From an uncultured Bacteroidales bacterium (lineage in GTDB: Bacteria; Bacteroidota; Bacteroidia; Bacteroidales; UBA932), in the NCBI GenBank assembly GCA_947307265.1, contig CAMZIP010000001.1, forward strand, positions 1 to 55,837: DNA of 55,837 nucleotides. The letters run 5' to 3'. Shown here piece by piece: positions 1 to 9,536 of this stretch. The notes beneath the pieces are model-generated. The model was not told the DNA's origin. It searched no databases and was given only the letters and a program-made list of their open reading frames with translations. The position numbers and the translations under genes were made by a program. Every line of letters begins with the position of its first letter. Position 1 is the stretch's first letter.

Positions 1-355
1 TCGGGTAGAAAGCCTCGGGTATGTACTCTACGCGGACTCCGTCCTTGCCTATCATCACCGAGACGACGTCGAAATGAACTTCCTTCTTAATGCCGTGCGC
101 CCCTATATATGCGGACGCGGCGTGAGCCAGATGCCGGACCTTGCGGCTGTCAACCTGCTCCTGCGGCTCCATCCGGGCCGGATCGTGCAGAGTCTTGACC
201 TCCACAATATGCAACCAGCGTTCTGACTCCATTATCAGATCCACTTCTTCGTGCCCTTTGCGCCAATTGCGCTCACGAAGCACATATCCGCGACCTGACA
301 GCCATTCCAACGCAATCTCCTCTCCTACCTTTCCCGTTTCTTTCCTCCCGCTCAT
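1..355 (-). CDS. yraN: YraN-family (UPF0102) endonuclease-like protein; C-terminal end runs off the window edge
   Basis: Absent from the ORF track because there is no stop inside the window. Reverse-strand ATG at 355-353. My translation MSGRKETGKVGEEIALEWLSGRGYVLRERNWRKGHEEVDLIMESERWLHIVEVKTLHDPARMEPQEQVDSRKVRHLAHAASAYIGAHGIKKEVHFDVVSVMIGKDGVRVEYIPEAFYP fits the YraN pattern (G..GE..A...L...GY.....NWR...E.DL....VEVK). Confidence 0.75.
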   Translation of the reverse strand, partial: MSGRKETGKVGEEIALEWLSGRGYVLRERNWRKGHEEVDLIMESERWLHIVEVKTLHDPARMEPQEQVDSRKVRHLAHAASAYIGAHGIKKEVHFDVVSVMIGKDGVRVEYIPEAFYP

Positions 356-375
356 CTACCTGGCAACTTAATCTA

Positions 376-383
376 CAAATGTA
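376..383 (-). promoter_or_regulatory. Bacteroidota -7 promoter box TACATTTG (TAnnTTTG) for yraN
   Basis: Plus-strand caaatgta is TACATTTG on the minus strand, 20 nt upstream of the ATG at 355. Confidence 0.4.
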
Positions 384-419
384 ATAAAAAAAGAATTGAA
401 TTTATATTCTGACATTCCG

Positions 420-2624
420 TCAGTTGAACAAATACTCCACCCGGAGGCGGAAATCCTGCCTCAGAGCTGCATCAGCACCTGATGAAAGCAGCGTGAACGA
501 CTCTACGCCGACGCGCAGATCGTGCCTCAGGGAACCCGTTTGGAATGATACGTCCTGCGCAATCCGAACCTGTGCGCAGGCGGCCGAAGGCAAATCCCGG
601 GGCGTATATGCATTGGCTATGAGATCGGCGTGGAGACCGCGTCCCGCCGTGCTTCCCACGGGGATAAATGCCGAAGCGGCAAGGTACAGCCTGTTGCGGA
701 CCGCAAACGGAGCGTAATCCACTTGCGGAAGCGTGCGGTCATCCATCGGCAGGAATGCTGTCCAGCAATCCTCCCAGGCCTCTGCAGTCAGGGTTCCGCA
801 CGATTTGGCGTGGGTATAGACATATCCTGCGCGGGCTTCGATATTGCGGAGCGGACGGACAGCTGCGGCAAGATGCAGGCTCAGGGAATGACCGATAGTC
901 GTTCCTGTAAGGCAGAGAGCGTCAATCGAAGGATTGGAAACGGCTGTGGTATGATAAAGCGTCCATTCGGAAAGCGTTTTCTGCCAGAGGCATTCGGCGG
1001 CAAGCGTCAACGGCAGGGCGACGGGAACGCCATAATCGGCGGAAAGAGAGGCCTTCAGGACCTGCGGCGGCTCGACGGTCTGCGAAAGGATGCGCAGTCC
1101 TCCTTTGGAGAAATCTCCCCCGCTCCGCTGCACGAAAAGCGGCATTGCGGCCCAATAACCGGTAAGCGGACGACTGCTGAATACACCCGTTCCTGCGCGC
1201 AGCAAAAGGCTGCTTAGGACCTGCCAGCGAATTTCCGCCCTGGGCATTACCTGGACTCCGGTTGCAGGCCAGTGCGAAGTTGCATAAGGCTTCTCGCGTC
1301 CGTTCAGGTCCTTAAATGTGAGCAGCGAAGGCGCCGCCTTTAGTCCGGCAGCATCGGGCAGGATGCCCTGAATCCGCAGACCTGCCGTCAGTGACAATGA
1401 CTGCGAAGGATGCCAGATGCCCTGTAATGCACCGCCAATCCTGCTGTACGCGACATTTGCGGAGGCGGCATCATTTACGAAGTAACCGTTATTATTCTCG
1501 TATTCTGCAGCCAGAACGGCACTGAACGCGCCGTAATCGGCCGTAAGAGACTCTTTCAAGCTGAGCAGCCCTTCCTTCTGCTGCAGGCCGAAATGACTTG
1601 TATTGCCCGTATAAGAGGCCTGGAAATCGTTATTCAGCCAAGATGTAATGCGATTGCCTGAGCGAAGCGAAACAAGCGTCGAAGTGCCGCTATAAGCATC
1701 CGAACCTCGGAATGCCGTCAGCGAAAGATTCTGCCCCGGATGCAAGTCGGCATCCAGTCGCGCGAGAAGCGAAATGCCCGATGCCATATCAGTATCTGCG
1801 CCTGATGCGGAAACAAGGTCCGCTGCCGCGAAGAAATGAAGCTTATTTCGTAAGAGCGGCCCACCGACGGCAAGGCCGATGTCGCGCATCGAATCATCTC
1901 CGCCAAGGTGGAAACGGTATCCGGCATAAGCAACGGCGCGGAGGGTATCGTCACCACGGCGTACTGCGGCATCCACGGCACCGCCGGTAAAGCCGTCATT
2001 GCGGACATCATACGGAGCCACGGATACCTGTACCGCAGAAATCGCATATACGGGAACCAGGGACTGAGCCGAGCCCAGCGGCGCCCCACCCAGCGACCAG
2101 GCTGTATGGCGCGGATCCGCTCCGGCAAGACCGGACGAAGGTGATGCATAAGGAGAATATGCAGCATAATCGGCAAGTGTGCGGCCGAATGAAGGAAGAG
2201 TTTCCTTACGGAGCGCATCCAGCTGCGTATCAAGAGCGAGCGGCAAGTGGGCAGCCTCAACCTCGACAGGCACGACCTTTTCGTTCATATCGAAGGCTAT
2301 GTCGAGTTGTACGTCCAGATGCAGCGTAGCGCCCGGAAAGATGTTTACGACCTCGGCGCATCGCGTCTCGTATCCGAGCATCCGATATGTCAGGCTGTAT
2401 GTTCCGGCGGGCAGGCCCTCGAAATGATATGCACCGCTTTCATCGGTAACCGCAGTCCAGCGCAGGGAACTTCCCTGGCAACACGCCTCAACCTCAACGC
2501 CGCCGAGTGTTCCGAGATCGTCCGAGACAAAGCCGCGGCACGCAGAGACGCCCACCTGCGCCATTACAGGGCAGGCCATCAGCAGGCAGCTGAGCATAAT
2601 CACGGTGAGACGTGCATATTTCAT
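420..2624 (-). CDS. Outer-membrane beta-barrel protein, Oar-like TonB-dependent-receptor family, with an N-terminal carboxypeptidase-regulatory-like domain
   Basis: ORF 420..2735 trimmed to the ATG at 2624, which begins a signal peptide (MKYARLTVIMLSCLLMACPVMAQ). It has a CarboxypepD_reg-like segment (DESGAYHFEGLPAGTYSLTYRMLGYE). The motif VSVAPYDVRNDGFTGGAVDAAVRRG is shared with the receptor at 4728..8004. The C-terminus is ...RVEYLFN. It is shorter (734 aa) than its neighbour, and its plug region looks degenerate by eye. Confidence 0.7.
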   Translation of the reverse strand: MKYARLTVIMLSCLLMACPVMAQVGVSACRGFVSDDLGTLGGVEVEACCQGSSLRWTAVTDESGAYHFEGLPAGTYSLTYRMLGYETRCAEVVNIFPGATLHLDVQLDIAFDMNEKVVPVEVEAAHLPLALDTQLDALRKETLPSFGRTLADYAAYSPYASPSSGLAGADPRHTAWSLGGAPLGSAQSLVPVYAISAVQVSVAPYDVRNDGFTGGAVDAAVRRGDDTLRAVAYAGYRFHLGGDDSMRDIGLAVGGPLLRNKLHFFAAADLVSASGADTDMASGISLLARLDADLHPGQNLSLTAFRGSDAYSGTSTLVSLRSGNRITSWLNNDFQASYTGNTSHFGLQQKEGLLSLKESLTADYGAFSAVLAAEYENNNGYFVNDAASANVAYSRIGGALQGIWHPSQSLSLTAGLRIQGILPDAAGLKAAPSLLTFKDLNGREKPYATSHWPATGVQVMPRAEIRWQVLSSLLLRAGTGVFSSRPLTGYWAAMPLFVQRSGGDFSKGGLRILSQTVEPPQVLKASLSADYGVPVALPLTLAAECLWQKTLSEWTLYHTTAVSNPSIDALCLTGTTIGHSLSLHLAAAVRPLRNIEARAGYVYTHAKSCGTLTAEAWEDCWTAFLPMDDRTLPQVDYAPFAVRNRLYLAASAFIPVGSTAGRGLHADLIANAYTPRDLPSAACAQVRIAQDVSFQTGSLRHDLRVGVESFTLLSSGADAALRQDFRLRVEYLFN

Positions 2625-2629
2625 ATTGA

Positions 2630-2637
2630 CAAATATA
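2630..2637 (-). promoter_or_regulatory. -7 promoter box TATATTTG, only 5 nt upstream of the ATG at 2624
   Basis: Plus-strand caaatata is TATATTTG on the minus strand. It lies directly downstream of the terminator at 2642-2678. Confidence 0.4.
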
Positions 2638-2641
2638 CAAC

Positions 2642-2678
2642 AAAAAAGAAGAGGCCGGCTCCAAAACGGACCGGCCTC
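2642..2678 (-). terminator. Rho-independent terminator after the lipoprotein gene 2701..4710
   Basis: Perfect 8-bp GC-rich stem: GAGGCCGG (2651-2658) pairs with CCGGCCTC (2671-2678) around a 12-nt loop. On the minus strand it is followed by TTCTTTTTTG. Confidence 0.75.
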
Positions 2679-2700
2679 CTTTATTTCGGCTATTGCCGAA

Positions 2701-4710
2701 TTACTCGGTGATGAAATGATCGTTGCTCCAGACACCGACCTGAAGATTAGCGTTGTAACGCGTAGGCCAGCAGATCAGTTTGCCGGTACCGGACATTTCG
2801 ATAGTATTCTTGACCTGGGCGTATGCTGCGATGGAGTACATACCCTGGGTGATCTTGCCGTTGCGGTTGCTCTTGGTAAGAGGAGTCTCGAAGTTCACGC
2901 CGTCAAGCATAACCTGGCAGTTCTGCCAACGCAGGTAGCAGTCGAGAAGAGTCTCCAGAGGCATAACCTTCGGAGCGGGAGCCTCGCCTTCGGTAACCGT
3001 AGCCTCAGAAACATCCAGGCCGGTGAGCTCTGCAAAACCGTTGTAGAGCTTGACCTTACCGGTGACCTTGCCGGTGATCTTCTGACCAGCCTTGAAGGTG
3101 TGACCGCTCAGGTAGAGCTGGACACCGCCGGTAGCATCCTCGATGAATGCGCTGCCGCCGTTGACGTAGCTTACCACTGCATCGGTCAGATGCGCGGTAA
3201 ACTCAGATTCTGCCGCCACTGTGTTGTCGATGATACCTGCTATCGTGGTGATAACGGGCTCGGCTTCGACGACCTTGAGGTTCTTGATCTCCCAGGTTGC
3301 GTAAGCATTCGCGTTGGAGTTGTACTGGAACTTGATCTGGATGAGGTTGCCTGCAAACTTCTTGAGGCTGATGTCACCCGAACCGACATAGTTCCAGTTG
3401 TTGCCGGGTGAATAGACAGGGATCAAAAGCTCTTCCCAGTTCTCGCCGTTGTCCTTGCTCACGAAGAGCTTGAGCTCCTGGTTGACATTTGCGGCAAAGC
3501 GCTGTACGTGCTCGAAGCTAAGGACTGCGGATGAAACGCCGGAAAGGTCGATGTTGGGGCTGATGATCTCCGCCTGGGACGTGACCTTCGCGGTTGCGGT
3601 AGCTTTCATACCATAGCTCTCAGTGTTGACCCAGATGCTTGCAACACCTTCTACAGGGATGACATTTACAATCTCCCAGCCGCCCGTAGTACCGAGGAAG
3701 GACTCCTCGTACGGAAGAGGGAATGCAGCGAAGCCTGCTGCCTGATTGATGGTGACCGTAACCGAAGAAGCATCCTTGCCGGAAGTCGATTTGAGAGTGA
3801 TCACGCCCGTGCGGGCATCTGCGGTATTCTCGGCTGCGACGATGCTGACCAGCGTGGTGTCGGCAACCTTGTTCATACTGGAAACCGTAAGCCACGAAGC
3901 GTCGGAAGTGAACTCGATGGAAGCGCCGGAGTAAACCACCTTTGCAACAACGGTGGTCTCATCCTTGGGAACATCGAACGATGCGGGAGTTACGGAGATG
4001 AGGGACTTCTTGTAAGCGACTACCGAAGCGGTCTTTTCAACCGTCTCGGGGGTGCCCTTGTAGCTCATCAGCTCTCCCTTGACGGTCATTTCGTCGCCAA
4101 GAGCGAATTCCTTACCCGTGGTGAACGGCTTGCCGTTGAGCCAGGAGCCGCGGTAGATCTGGAGTGCCTTGTCTGCGGCGAACTTGCCGTCATCGGAGAT
4201 ATAAAAAGTAGCATTGCCGTACTGGGCGCTGATCTCGACAATCTTGCAGACAATACCTTTGACACAGTATTCGCCGTCCAGATAATAGCTCTGGCCGTCA
4301 CCCTTGTCGATAGCCTTGATGGCAGCAAGCGCCTCGGCGACCGTAATTACTACGGGATCGGTCTTCTGTGCATACTGGACGAGATTGAGGTACTGCGTCT
4401 TGTTGTTGCAGAGGAACTTCACCTCGGCAGTGCGGGTGGCCTTGGTCTTCTCGGCGGAGAAGGTGACGGTAGCCTCGCCTTCGCTGCCGGAGAGAGGAGT
4501 GGCGGTAAGCCAGTCGCCGAGAGAGCCCTCGTCAATCTGCCATGCGCCGTGTGCGGTAAACTTAGCCTGAGTGGTACCTCCATTGACGTCAATGGAGACA
4601 AAGGACTTCTCAAATTCTACCTCGGAGGAAAGATTGGGCATTTTATCGTCGCAGGAGACTGCGATACCGAGACAGAGAACAAGTGCCGATACAAAATATC
4701 TTAATTTCAT
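2701..4710 (-). CDS. Multidomain surface lipoprotein with two BACON-like modules, OB-fold-like/DUF5689-like modules and a MAM/choice-of-anchor-J-like module
   Basis: ORF 2701..4770 trimmed to the ATG at 4710 (MKLRYFVSALVLCLGIAVSCDD, lipobox). BACON-like segments: GGTTQAKFTAHGAWQIDEGSLGDWLTATPLSGSEGEATVTFSAE and EFTSDASWLTVSS...ARTGVITLKS. OB-like segments: GEYCVKGIVCKIVEISAQYGNATFYISDDG and GGSAFIEDATGGVQLYLSGHTFKAGQKITGKVTGKVKLYNGFAEL. The domain names are by-eye assignments. Confidence 0.7.
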   Translation of the reverse strand: MKLRYFVSALVLCLGIAVSCDDKMPNLSSEVEFEKSFVSIDVNGGTTQAKFTAHGAWQIDEGSLGDWLTATPLSGSEGEATVTFSAEKTKATRTAEVKFLCNNKTQYLNLVQYAQKTDPVVITVAEALAAIKAIDKGDGQSYYLDGEYCVKGIVCKIVEISAQYGNATFYISDDGKFAADKALQIYRGSWLNGKPFTTGKEFALGDEMTVKGELMSYKGTPETVEKTASVVAYKKSLISVTPASFDVPKDETTVVAKVVYSGASIEFTSDASWLTVSSMNKVADTTLVSIVAAENTADARTGVITLKSTSGKDASSVTVTINQAAGFAAFPLPYEESFLGTTGGWEIVNVIPVEGVASIWVNTESYGMKATATAKVTSQAEIISPNIDLSGVSSAVLSFEHVQRFAANVNQELKLFVSKDNGENWEELLIPVYSPGNNWNYVGSGDISLKKFAGNLIQIKFQYNSNANAYATWEIKNLKVVEAEPVITTIAGIIDNTVAAESEFTAHLTDAVVSYVNGGSAFIEDATGGVQLYLSGHTFKAGQKITGKVTGKVKLYNGFAELTGLDVSEATVTEGEAPAPKVMPLETLLDCYLRWQNCQVMLDGVNFETPLTKSNRNGKITQGMYSIAAYAQVKNTIEMSGTGKLICWPTRYNANLQVGVWSNDHFITE

Positions 4711-4727
4711 AACGCTGTGTTTTCGGA

Positions 4728-7700
4728 TTAGTTGAACATATACTTGATACCGATGGAAGCGTACCAGCACTGACCTACGTTAGTGTTGTTGACCCAGGTC
4801 TGGGTGGTGCCGCTGACAGCCTCGGGAGTGGAGAAGGTCGGATAACCCTGTGCATCCACGCCTTCATACTGGAGGATACGGCCGGAGTTGAGTTCCGGAT
4901 TCATATACTTGCTCACGCCCCAGTTGTTGTTGAAGAAGTTGAGCAGGTTCTTGATATCCATACTGAGCTGGAGAGTATTGGTGCTCTTGCCGATCTTGAC
5001 GGTGAAGTCGTGCTTGTAGCTGAAATCAAGTCTGTGGACCCAAGGGCTATAGACTGCATAACCCTCAGCGTATTTGCCCTGGTTCTTGCTCAGGTAAGCA
5101 TCGTTGTGTACGAAATCCATAAAGCGGTCACGGTCGTCGTCAGAGACGAAACGGAACTCCTTGGAAGCAACCTGCTCATCGGTAGGGATGAAGAGGGAGT
5201 CGTACTTGTAGTTGTCACCGTTCATATCGTTGGTCAGCATATATGAATAGTTGTAACCACCGCGCCAAGCCTCATAGATGAAGCTGAAGTGGTTACCGCT
5301 GCGGTCATCGTGAGTGAGAGCAGCAACTACGCGGTCAGGAGTATTGTTCTGAGCGAGGTGAACCGTGGTGTAGTTCGGGCCCATAACCGTAGGAACATAG
5401 TTGAAGATGGATGCAGGGTCCGAGCCGGGGAGGGAGGTAAGCTCCTTCGCGACGACGTGGGTGTAAGCAGCCATCAGGGAGAGACCCTTGACGGGACGCA
5501 TATTGACGGTGACGTTGCCGGACCAGGTATAACCCTTGTCGGTGTTGGTCAGCACGTAAGCGGGCGAGCCGGTGTACTTGAAATTCTTCGGATAGACCGG
5601 ACGGTTGTCGACGCCGTTGAAGCGGGCGAAACCGTTGACCGGGATCATATTCCAGTCTTCCATCGTGGAGGCGTTGATGTTCTTGTTGAACATACCCTCG
5701 ACGGTGATGGTGAACGGGAACGAAGTGGGGAATGAATAGTCAACTGCGAGTGAAGTCTTCCATACCTGAGGCATCTTGAAGTTGGGGTCGACTGCTGCAA
5801 GCTTGGAAGGAATCTTGCCGTCTTCTGCGGAAATGGTCTGAGGATAACCCAGCTCGGCCCACTTTGCACGCATCGCTTCGTAATCGGTGATCAGGTCGCC
5901 CTTGAATGCCTCAAGGTTGGGGTCTGCACTGACAACCACACCGTCCTTATACTGGGTGCTGATGATACCGTTATACTGGTTCATCGAAGAGTTGGAAGGC
6001 ATATTGGTGAGGAACACCAGAGGAATACGGCCGGTGAAGATACCGGTACCGCCGCGAACCTTCAGGAAATTGTTGCCCAGAACATCCCAGGTGAAGCCAA
6101 GGCGGGGCGAGAGAAGCGGAGTGGGCTTGGGCCACTTGCCGGTGTCGATATGGCGGATATTGCCGTTTACATTGGGATATTCGAGAGCGTAGACAGCATT
6201 GTTGGTAATGATGTTGCTGTTGTCGAAGAAGAAGTCGTCGATACGCAGACCTGCGGTGAGCATAAAGTTGTCGGTGACATTCCAGTCATCCTGTGCATAG
6301 AGGCTTGCCTTGTGGTACATTACGCGGCTTGCAGGATCGTCACGCATCAGGTTATCGTAACCGTAGGTGAAGCAGACGGTCTCGGGAGTAGCGCCCGTGA
6401 GGAAGTCTTCGAGAGAATTGTAACGATAATAACCCGTACCGTTGCGGAGGTAGGAGTTGTCCGCCATCTGGTACTCATATGCAAGACCCGCGGTGAGCTT
6501 GTGGGCGCCCATATACATCGTGAAGTCATCCTTGAGGTTGAACACGTTGTTGTGGTAGCCGTTCTTCCAGGTGAAGAGCTCGTAACCGAGGGACATATAC
6601 GGAGTGACAGTACCCGTGCCGTCAAGTATATCGATGAACGGGAAGTACTTCGAAGGAGTATCGCGGGTGGTATCGAGCTTGGAGAAGGTTGCCAGGAACT
6701 GGTTCGACATATTGTCGTTGATCTTGCTGTTCAAGTCGAACGAGAACGAGTGAACCAGGTTGTTCATATTGTAGAACGAGTTTGCGAAGGACATTGAATA
6801 CTGGCTGAGGCGGTCCTCAGTAGTACGCAGGAAGCAGTCGGATGATGTACGGTTGGTAAAGTTGCATTCGCGCGAAACGGTGTAGTTGTAACGGAGTGCA
6901 AGGTGGTGCTTGTCCGTGATATTCCAGTCGATGCGGGCGAGAGCCTTGATATTGCTTTCGTCGCCGAGGAAGTTCTGGTAAGCGCCGGTCTCATATCCGT
7001 ACTTTTCCCTGACATAATTGCTGACCTTCTCCATATCGGCGACGGTCACGCGGGAAATGTTGAGGGCAGGATCTGCAACGCCGTCCTTAGAAGGCTTCCA
7101 GTAGGAAGTAACCTCCGGGTGCGGAATGTATTCGAAGTTGACGAAGAAGAAGAGCTTGTTCTTGACGATGGGGCCGCCGAGGGTCATACCGTAAGTGGTG
7201 GTACGGTCTTCAGCGCGGTCGCCGAGCTCGAGACCCGCGACAGTGTTGCCGCGCATGAACTCGTTGCGGTGATAGACGTAAGCACTTCCCTTGAAGGTGT
7301 TGGTACCGGACTTGGTGATAGATGAAGTTGGTCTGATGGACGTCATAGGGGCTGATGACGATCTGTACTTCTTCGATAGCGTCGAGGGAGACAGGGTTGC
7401 CGCCGCCCGGAAGATCACCGGAGAGACCGAAGTTGTTATTGAAGTTCGCACCGTCGATGGTGAAGTTGGAAGAACGGTCATCTGCGCCCATAAAGGTCAT
7501 ACCGTTACCGCCGTAGGGAGAAAGTCTCGTAAGGTCGGTAAGATTACGGCTGACAGTAGGCAGGGAAACGATCTGGCTATTGTTGATGTTGGTAGCCGAA
7601 CCTGTCTTCTCAGTGTTGAACTTGGTAGCGGCGTCAGCCACGACAATAACCTTTTCGAGTACCTCGGCAGAAGGATTCATCCTGATGTCAAGGCCGAAAG

Positions 7701-8004
7701 CGTGTGCCAGCTGCAGGGTTATGTCCTGATAGAGGACGGTTTCATAACCGAGCATCTGATACTTGACCTCGTAGGGACCGCCGCTGCGCATACCCGGGAT
7801 CGAGTAGTAACCATCAGCGTTGGTCACTGCGTAATAGGAAGTACCGGAAGGCGTGTGTGTTGCGATAACCGCTACACCCGGAACGCCGCCATCGGCATCG
7901 GTGACCCTACCGTTCATTGAAGCGGTGGTGACCTGAGCGTTTGCAGAGATGCCGGAGATGAGGACTGCCAGCATCACCAAAACGGATTTGAAAAACTTGT
8001 TCAT
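4728..8004 (-). pseudogene. Oar-like TonB-dependent receptor (about 1090 aa if intact) interrupted by a frameshift near 7317-7326
   Basis: Two overlapping ORFs (7210..8064 and 4728..7481) carry the N- and C-terminal parts of one receptor. The N-terminal part starts at the ATG at 8004 (MNKFFKSVLVMLAVLISGISANAQ) and has a CarboxypepD_reg-like domain and plug-like motifs, ending ...IVISPYDVHQTNF. The other frame continues ITKSGTNTFKGSAYVYHRNE...GIKYMFN. A real lesion and an assembly error cannot be told apart here. Confidence 0.8.
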
Positions 8005-8061
8005 AGGTATTTGATAAGGATTGAAAATAGTTGATTTCCTAAATATTTCACTATATCGAGG

Positions 8062-8069
8062 CAAATATA
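8062..8069 (-). promoter_or_regulatory. -7 promoter box TATATTTG for the receptor gene 4728..8004
   Basis: Plus-strand caaatata is TATATTTG on the minus strand, 57 nt upstream of the ATG at 8004. Confidence 0.4.
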
Positions 8070-8130
8070 GTTCAAATAAACATCACCGCAAAAGGAAAAA
8101 AACAATATTTTTCATTTTAAAATCTTTTAT

Positions 8131-8160
8131 TTTGAGGTATTGAAATTCTTCGTATCTTTG
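8131..8160 (+). promoter_or_regulatory. Bacteroidota promoter for metK: -33 TTTG and -7 TATCTTTG
   Basis: TTTG at 8131-8134, an 18-nt spacer, then TATCTTTG at 8153-8160. This predicts a leader of roughly 125 nt before the metK ATG at 8292. Confidence 0.55.
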
Positions 8161-8291
8161 CAGTCCCAGTGGATGGATTTGACTGCTTGCTACCACTATA
8201 AAAAAACGCTAAAACGAGCCTACCCCGAACGGGGTGTATATGAATGTCAAATCCTCCATCGCGGAAGATTTGATTTTTTATTTTTAAGGCT
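8161..8291 (+). promoter_or_regulatory. Structured metK 5' leader with mutually exclusive antiterminator and terminator helices (candidate riboswitch or attenuator, class unassigned)
   Basis: GGATGGATTTGAC (8171-8183) can pair with GTCAAATCCTCC (8246-8257) as 9+3 bp with one bulge. This helix encloses a 62-nt domain that contains the hairpin ACCCC-GAAC-GGGGT (8222-8235). The same 3' strand forms the 5' arm of the terminator at 8247-8285. Confidence 0.55.
8247..8285 (+). terminator. Leader (attenuator) terminator immediately upstream of the metK start codon
   Basis: TCAAATCCTCC (8247-8257) pairs with GGAAGATTTGA (8263-8273) at 10 of 11 positions around the loop ATCGC. It is followed by TTTTTTATTTTT (8274-8285), and the ATG is at 8292. 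Confidence 0.6.
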
Positions 8292-9536
8292 ATGTATCTC
8301 TTTACATCAGAATCCGTTTCGGAAGGACACCCGGACAAGGTGGCCGACCAGATTTCAGACGCTATACTTGATGATTTCCTCCGCCAGGATGAAAATGCCC
8401 ACGTGGCCTGCGAGACGTTCGTCACCACGGGCCTCGTCCTGATTGGCGGCGAAGTAAGTTCGCGCGATGCGTGGGTGGACATCCAGAACGTCGCCCGCCG
8501 CACCATCCGCGAAATCGGCTACAACAAGGGCGAATACCGTTTCGACGCGGAATCCTGCTCGGTAATCTCCGCGCTGCACGAGCAGAGCGCCGATATTGCG
8601 CAGGGCGTGAACCGCGAAACCCTGCTGGAGCAGGGAGCCGGCGACCAGGGTATTATGTTCGGCTATGCCTGCAACGAGACCGAACAGTATATGCCGCTGG
8701 CGCTGATGCTTTCGCACCTGCTGCTCCAGGAACTTGCAGCCATCCGCAAGGAGAATCCCTCCCCTATGCCTTACCTGAGGCCCGATGCAAAGAGCCAGTT
8801 TACCATCGAATACGAGGATGACAGCACTCCCGTCCGCATCCACACCATAGTGGTTTCTACGCAGCACGACGAGGATGTCGAGCGCGAAAAGATCGAGGCC
8901 GACGTCCGCGCCATCCTGCTTCCGCGCCTGCTGAAAAAGCTTCCCGCACGCACGGCGGCGCTGTTCAAGGGGGATTACATACTGCACGTCAATCCTACAG
9001 GCAAGTTCGTCATCGGCGGCCCTCACGGTGATACCGGTCTTACCGGACGCAAGGTCATCGTGGATACCTACGGCGGCAATTCAGGTCACGGCGGCGGCGC
9101 ATTTTCAGGCAAGGACCCGAGCAAGGTTGACCGCAGCGCGGCGTACGCAGCCCGTCACATCGCCAAGAATATGGTCGCGGCAGGCGTTGCAGACCGCTTT
9201 ATGATTCAGTTGGCTTACGCAATAGGCGTTGCAAGCCCTGTGAGCGTTTTCGTCAACACTTTCGGCACGTCGCACTGCAATATGTCTGACGGACAGATTG
9301 CAGCACGCATCCGGGAACTGTTCGACCTGCGTCCGGCAGCCATCATCAAGCGCTACGGCCTTACCAACCCGATATACCGTCCGACGGCCGCATACGGCCA
9401 TTTCGGTCGCGAGCCTTTCGAGCAGGAAGTGACTCTTATCCGCAACGGAAAGGAAGTCCGCCGCAAGATTCAATTCTTCAGCTGGGAAAAACTGGACTGC
9501 ACCGATCTTTGCCGGAAGGAATTTCCGGGTAAATAA
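8292..9536 (+). CDS. metK: S-adenosylmethionine synthetase
   Basis: The 414-aa ORF opens [27 protein letters not shown] and contains [12 protein letters not shown] and [19 protein letters not shown], the canonical MetK motifs. Confidence 0.97.
   Translation: MYLFTSESVSEGHPDKVADQISDAILDDFLRQDENAHVACETFVTTGLVLIGGEVSSRDAWVDIQNVARRTIREIGYNKGEYRFDAESCSVISALHEQSADIAQGVNRETLLEQGAGDQGIMFGYACNETEQYMPLALMLSHLLLQELAAIRKENPSPMPYLRPDAKSQFTIEYEDDSTPVRIHTIVVSTQHDEDVEREKIEADVRAILLPRLLKKLPARTAALFKGDYILHVNPTGKFVIGGPHGDTGLTGRKVIVDTYGGNSGHGGGAFSGKDPSKVDRSAAYAARHIAKNMVAAGVADRFMIQLAYAIGVASPVSVFVNTFGTSHCNMSDGQIAARIRELFDLRPAAIIKRYGLTNPIYRPTAAYGHFGREPFEQEVTLIRNGKEVRRKIQFFSWEKLDCTDLCRKEFPGK

Noticed and set aside
141-371. 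76-aa plus-strand ORF at the window start
   Set aside because: It is antisense to the YraN-family gene, which has a convincing family pattern. The translation is Ser/Arg-rich and low in complexity.
7300-7340. Programmed ribosomal frameshift in the split TonB-dependent receptor
   Set aside because: There is no slippery X_XXY_YYZ heptamer or downstream structure at the junction. Comparison with the in-window paralog indicates missing residues, so a deletion or an assembly error is more likely.
8161-8291. Calling the metK leader a SAM-I riboswitch
   Set aside because: I could not find the conserved SAM-I core sequences or a four-way junction. The structure is reported only as an unclassified terminator/antiterminator leader.
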